The notes beneath the pieces are model-generated. The model was not told the origin of the DNA, ran no database searches, and saw only the letters and a list, made by a program, of their open reading frames with translations. A stretch of DNA of 41,323 bases, from positions 57,699,521 to 57,740,843 of the forward strand of contig NC_068983.1 in assembly GCF_001194135.2 (NCBI RefSeq), read 5' to 3'. A program made the translations under genes and the position numbers. The DNA is from Octopus bimaculoides. Taxonomy: Eukaryota. Shown one piece after another: positions 35,359 to 41,323 of the stretch (positions are counted from its first letter, which is position 1; the number at the start of each line of letters is the position of its first letter).

Positions 35359-35770
35359 TTCTTTTATTCTTTTATTCTTTTACTTGTTTCAGTCATTTGA
35401 CTGCGGCCATGCTGGAGCACCACCTTTAGTCGAATCAAATCAACCCCAGGAATTATTCTTTGTAAGCCTAGTACTTATTCTATCGTTTTGTTTTGCCGAA
35501 CCGCTAAGTTACGAGGACCTAAACACACCAGCATCAGTTGTCAAATGATGTTGGGGGTACAAACACGGATACACACCACATACACACACATACATATATA
35601 TTTACATATATACGACGGGCTTCTGTCAGTTTCCATCTACTAAATCCACTCACAAGGCTTTGGTCGGCCCGAGGCTATAGCAGAAGACACTTGCCCAAGG
35701 TGCCACGCAGTGGAACTGAACCCGGAACCATGTGGTTGGTAAGCAAGCTACTTACCACTCAGCCACTCCT
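35359..35770 (-). mobile_element. Full-length SINE family B
   Basis: tRNA-like head, GGCACCTTGGGCAAGTG CORE-like motif, internal CA/TA tract, 3' module, (AAAAGAAT)n tail. Confidence 0.9.
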
Positions 35771-36114
35771 GGATGGATGGATGGATGGATGGATGAGTAG
35801 ATCGATAGATACATACACATACACACACTCACACATACACACATACACACACACATGCACAGACACATTTTTGTTTGAATTTCATTAGGAGAGTTCAATC
35901 TGGTCGCGAACAAAGTGACCAGATTGAACTTCTCTCTCCCTCTCTCTCTCTTACACACACACTCTCTCTCTCTCTCTCTTACACACACACACACTCTCTG
36001 TCTCTCTCTTATATATATATAGAGAGAGAGAAAGAAAGGGAGAGAGAGGGAGAGATAGATAGGGAGATATACATGCATAAATATAAGTATATATATACAA
36101 ACATGCATAAGCAC

Positions 36115-36162
<48 letters not shown>

Positions 36163-36165
36163 GTA
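35770..36165. repeat. Microsatellite cluster (GGAT)n, (CA)n, (CT)n, (GA)n
   Basis: Directly visible. Confidence 0.9.
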
Positions 36166-37732
36166 TGTATATATGTAAACATATGAATGTAAGTAAGTCT
36201 GTATGTATATTACAACTAGTTAAGTATCTTGGCTCTAAGTGCAGTGCAGAAAATCGGTAACTGGATAACCGGTTACAAAGAGTTGACCCTGCAGGCATTT
36301 ATATGACACCGTATCGATTTGCCAAGCTGTTATATTAAATAATTTAAGCAATCAACTATTAACCTTCTATAACTATATTCTTTCATTTAATATCATTATT
36401 TTCTTCTAAAAGGACACAATTTTACTATTAATATCAAACTGGTTCTTCAAACGGTGGAATGCTTCTTAACTAAACATTTTCTTACATTTCCTCTTCCTCA
36501 TATTTGATCATTCCAAACATTTGAAGAACTTTCTAACGAGTTATATGTATATATATTTTTTTTTATATAGTTCTCATGGTAAACTTACTCTTTCGTTTAT
36601 ATATTATTTCTATATGTTAGTTTTATTGTTTTATTTTATTTTAACTCTTCCGTTCTTCCATGACACATTACTACACATCTGACAACAGATAACTTAAACA
36701 TTGGAACAGACCAAACTGAAAATATTCTTCTTCTATTTCCAACTACAAAAGAAATTCTCATCATCGTTTTGAAGAATTTCTTTTCTTTTCATTTCTTTAT
36801 TTATCACAGAATACATTTCTGCTCAAAACTATTGCAGGATAGGATGCAATCAAACGTAGACTTTCTTGTGCAAGGCGCATTCCACATTTTTCAAAGCTGT
36901 TACCGTATACACGGGATTTCTCAGATCTCTTTCATAAACATAAAAGCTAACAAGTTCCAGAAGTAACTATCTAATTGACATATATTTAGATGTTTTGCCT
37001 TAGGTCTTTCATTAAGAAAACCACATTTCCTTTTATCATCTATTCTAGGACAACTTTTATTTTGTTATCTTTTCGCATGATTATTCGTCTTACTGCCATT
37101 GCAATACTGTTATTGTTGCTATCAGTATTTCTCATATTGATGTTACTTTTGTTACATAGATATTATACATATGGCGCCAACAAATACTTCAGCATTTCTT
37201 ATTATATTTCTATAGTTTTCTTGTGGTTACTGTCGTAGCAGTAAAAAGAAAAATGAAAGTATGGTTAGACATTAGCAATTGTTTGATAAGTCGGTAACTG
37301 TGGCATTTACTCATTCCTATTGGTAAATATTATTTTGATATGTTCGTTAGAAAGTACAGAGGTAAGAAAATTGTGGAATTTAACAGGATGCGTCAGTTGA
37401 CATAAATGGCAAATCAATAGAATTGTTAAAGCATTGCATTGAATGCCTTGCAGTATTTGTCCCAGCTCTCTGGCGTGTTTCGAGTTCAAATCCCATCAAA
37501 ATAAACTCTGACTTTCTTTCTTACATACCCAATAAAAGAAGACTTAAATACCAGAATTGATTCCCCCACTTCTCTCTCTCTCTCTCTCTCTTCCATCTCT
37601 CTTTATTTGTCTCTCTTTCTCTCTCGCACTCAAACTTTATTATGTTATACCAAGAGAATTGTTGAAGTGGACTACAGAGAGTGTCATTTTCTCCAGAGTG
37701 GAGACTGGTTAAGTGAGGGGCGAGCAATTATT

Positions 37733-38300
37733 TCATCATCATCATTTAACATCCGCTTTCCATGCCAGCATGGGTTAGACGATTTAACTGGGAACTGGCG
37801 AACCGGATGGCTACACCAGACTCCAATCTGATCTGGCAGAGTTTCTACAGCTGATTGCCGTTCCTAACGCCAACCACTCCGAGAGTGTAGTGGGTGCTTT
37901 ATACGTGTCACCGGCACGAGGGCCAGTCAGGCGGTACTGGCAATGGCCACACTCAAATGGTGGTTTTTACATGCCACCTGTACAGGAGTCAGTCCAATGT
38001 TTTGTTCACATGCCACCGGCACGAGTGCCAGTAAGGCAAAGCTGGAAACGATCGCGCTCAAATCGTGCTTTTTACGTGCCACCAGCACCGGAGCAAGACC
38101 GCTGCTCTGGCAGTGATCCCGCTCGGATGGTGTTGTTAGCGCTCCACTGGCACGGGTGCCAGTCATCAAATTTGGTTCAGTTTTGATCTCACTTGCCCCA
38201 ACAGGTCTTCGCAAGCTGAGTTTAGTGTCGAATGAGGGAAGGTTGGCATGAGTGCCAGTCATCAAATTTGGCTCAAATTCACAATCAAACCAATATGCTA
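37733..38300 (-). mobile_element. RTE-type 3' UTR copy
   Basis: (TCA)n, ttaacatccgctttccatgccagcatggg, gtgccaccggcac units. Confidence 0.85.
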
Positions 38301-39239
38301 TTTTAACTGTCAAGGTCTGGATCGATGTGTGGTAGAGTAAAGAATGAAAATACAGAAACAGCCAACTGATTCCTTCTTCATTTTCATTCCATGCAGTAAA
38401 AGAGGAACCAAAATGTATTCATTGGTGTTACTTAAGAATCTGAGTTGAAATCCTAAAGACATGCCTTTATTTTCAGACCTTTCTTTGTCTTACAATGACT
38501 AACAGTGACATATCGAGGGGTGAGGGGGCATTTAATTCTCATTCCGTCTAACTGAAAATTTCTTGCTCATGCGCTCTCGGAATTAGGTGATGTTACATTA
38601 TTATGTGGGGCATTGGCAGTGTCAACAGAGTACCAGAGTGAATGCTTTGTAGTACTTATTCCTAATCTCTGTGTTTTGAGTTCAAGTCCCCAATGAAGTC
38701 AATCAACGTTACATTTCACTCTTCTAGGGTCGATAAATAAAGTGACGTTTTGGACTGAATTTCTTGACTAATGCTGCATTCTTATGAAAGAGCATTTTTT
38801 TTCTCCTGTAAATGATTACATATATGTTATTTCTATTGCTAAACCTAAAATTTTATCTCGAATCTGTTCTATATAAATGACTACCAGGTAAAATTGTGTC
38901 AGTTTGGTATTATGAATATTCTAGATATTTCTAATCCAGATTAATATTCCACAATTATTCCATTCCTGGATATTAGTGGCTGTTCTAATATTACGATTAA
39001 TCTTGATATGTATTATTATATAACTAATCCAATTCATACTGAGCAGAATATATTTCAGGTTGGATCGAAATACAACTAATGATATTTAATGAAGATAAAC
39101 TCCTTGTGCTTAGTTAATACTACTAATCTGTATAAGTTTAATTTGGCTTCTTAATTAAAGTTGGCATACGTTTGTGGGTTGACTTGCACATTAATTATAT
39201 AACAGAGAATATGTATATGTATATATATATCTATGTATG

Positions 39240-39292
<53 letters not shown>

Positions 39293-39629
39293 NNNNNNNN
39301 NNNNNNNNNNNNNNNNNNNNNNNNNNNNNNNNNNNNNNNNNNNNNNNNNNNNNNNNNNNNNNNNNNNNNNNNNNNNNNNNNNNNNNNNNNNNNNNNNNNN
39401 NNNNNNNNNNNNNNNNNNNNNNNNNNNNNNNNNNNNNNNNNNNNNNNNNNNNNNNNNNNNNNNNNNNNNNNNNNNNNNNNNNNNNNNNNNNNNNNNNNNN
39501 NNNNNNNNNNNNNNNNNNNNNNNNNNNNNNNNNNNNNNNNNNNNNNNNNNNNNNNNNNNNNNNNNNNNNNNNNNNNNNNNNNNNNNNNNNNNNNNNNNNN
39601 NNNNNNNNNNNNNNNNNNNNNNNNNNATA

Positions 39630-40080
39630 TATATCATCATCATCATCATCAACATCATCATCATCATCATTTAACGTCCGTTGTCCATGCTGGCATGGGT
39701 TGGATGGTTTGACTGGGATGGCACTCTAGGAGGCTACACCAGAATCCAATCTGATTTGGCATGGTTTTCTATGGTGGAATACCTTTCCAAACGCCAACCA
39801 CTCCGAGAGTGTAATGGGTGCTTTTATGTGCCACCGGCACGAGTGCCATTTGCGTGACACAGGTATCTGCCACGATTGCGATTTTTATCGGTTTGATGAG
39901 TCTTCTTCTCAAGCACGACATAATGTCAAATGTTTTGGCCATTGCCTCCATGAGGCCCAACATTCGAAAGGAGCTTGGCCACCTCTATGAGGCACACCGC
40001 TTGAAAGTTACTCAGCCACCTTGCCTCCATGAGGTGCAACGCTTGAAAGGAACTCAGCCACTATGCCTCCATCAGGCCCA
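39630..40080 (-). mobile_element. RTE-type 3' UTR copy with about 39-bp tandem repeats; runs into a gap
   Basis: (ATC)n end shared with the family; gcctccatgagg...gcttgaaag units at 39945-40080. Confidence 0.8.
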
Positions 40081-40494
40081 NNNNNNNNNNNNNNNNNNNN
40101 NNNNNNNNNNNNNNNNNNNNNNNNNNNNNNNNNNNNNNNNNNNNNNNNNNNNNNNNNNNNNNNNNNNNNNNNNNNNNNNNNNNNNNNNNNNNNNNNNNNN
40201 NNNNNNNNNNNNNNNNNNNNNNNNNNNNNNNNNNNNNNNNNNNNNNNNNNNNNNNNNNNNNNNNNNNNNNNNNNNNNNNNNNNNNNNNNNNNNNNNNNNN
40301 NNNNNNNNNNNNNNNNNNNNNNNNNNNNNNNNNNNNNNNNNNNNNNNNNNNNNNNNNNNNNNNNNNNNNNNNNNNNNNNNNNNNNNNNNNNNNNNNNNNN
40401 NNNNNNNNNNNNNNNNNNNNNNNNNNNNNNNNNNNNNNNNNNNNNNNNNNNNNNNNNNNNNNNNNNNNNNNNNNNNNNNNNNTATATATATTTG

Positions 40495-40705
40495 TGTATA
40501 TGTTTGTGTGTCTGTGTTTGTCCCCCCAACATCGCTTGACAACCGATGGTGATGTTTTTACGTCCCCATAATGTAGCGGTTCGACAAAAGCGACCGATAG
40601 AGTAAGTACTAGGCTTACAAAGAATAAGTCCTGGGGTCGATTTGCTTGACTAACGGCGGTGCTCCAGCATGGTTGCAGCCAAATGACTGAAACAAGTAAA
40701 ACAGT
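40495..40705 (+). mobile_element. SINE family B 3' module
   Basis: Matches the reverse complement of 35370-35570. Confidence 0.9.
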
Positions 40706-40819
40706 ACAGAGATATACATTTGCTTTATCTCCTGTCTTTTTCATATTCATTAAATACAACAGTACCTCGGTTTATGAATGCCTCTAATCACAAATAAATG
40801 GTACTTTATATGTATATAT

Positions 40820-40980
40820 AATACAGAGTGGGACAAGGACGCAAAACATCTAGACAGTTAGGTGATACAAGAAAGGGACAAAACATCCAAATAGACGATA
40901 CAAAGAAAACACAGACAGGTCATCCAGAGTTTTTTCTCTTCAGTCGAGATCCAGATTATCAATGCAATTTCGGCTGGTTA
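40820..40980. repeat. Unclassified repeat, partly homologous to 28180-28280
   Basis: Shared aaaacatctagacagttag..gatacaa.aa.ggaca. Confidence 0.6.
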
Positions 40981-41059
40981 TATATATATATATTTTTTTA
41001 AGTTTCAGCTTAGAGCTGCGGCCATGCTGATGCACCACCATGTTGCTACACTGTTATTA

Positions 41060-41323
41060 CAGGGAGCCTCTTACTATATGTGGCACTTGGTGAAGAATGG
41101 AGTTTGATTTAGCAACCCTCATTTGCACCTCCTGCCGCGAGGTAGGTTCATCTGGGACTCTCGATAGGAAGAGGTCCAGCTTTGATTTAAAAACTCCTAC
41201 ATCTACTTTGTGCAGGTTCCTCAGGTTCTTCGGGAGAATATTAAAAAGCTGTGGGCCCCTGAATCCCAAGCTGTTGCAGTAACTGGTCCTGAAGCGCGAT
41301 GGCATTGCTGGGATCTTTGACAC
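41060..41323 (-). mobile_element. CR1/L2-group LINE ORF2 C-terminus (cut by the window end)
   Basis: NSLGFRGPQLFNILPKNLRNL...VFKSKLDLFLSRVPDEP. Confidence 0.8.

Noticed and set aside
36769-37489. Several 60-80-aa ORFs in AT-rich unique sequence
   Set aside because: Conflicting strands and frames; within chance expectation.
38860-39080. LDISNPD / LDISGCSNIT peptides resembling leucine-rich repeats
   Set aside because: In-frame stop, no clear splice sites, only one LRR-like unit in AT-rich DNA.
40930-40975. Minus-strand GAAA...CTGAAGA motif
   Set aside because: Stem I and stem II do not pair in register.

Overview
AT-rich, repeat-dense animal genomic DNA with eight N-gaps, most flanked by (TA)n. 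The SINE and LINE families look like those of octopus genomes; this comes from recalled consensus sequences and was not checked by a search. No host protein-coding gene can be identified with confidence, only a few weak candidate exons. Supported content: several tRNA-derived SINE families; decayed Penelope-like (RT + GIY-YIG), R4/Dong-like, RTE and CR1-group LINE fragments; a Helentron-type non-autonomous element (HINE); pogo/Tigger-like, hAT-like and unclassified MITEs; and many microsatellites. The most notable signal is a set of short non-autonomous repeats carrying minimal type I hammerhead-ribozyme (HHR) motifs. One family is a tRNA-headed SINE whose 3' tail holds the HHR, with an intact core at 12307-12348. 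These repeats recur as head-to-head inverted pairs (about 1-232, 7325-7460, 11029-12398, 16012-16433), an arrangement typical of Penelope-like retroelements. The inferred system is a group of ribozyme-bearing SINEs/mini-elements mobilised by Penelope-like elements. All coordinates were read by eye; repeat ends are approximate.
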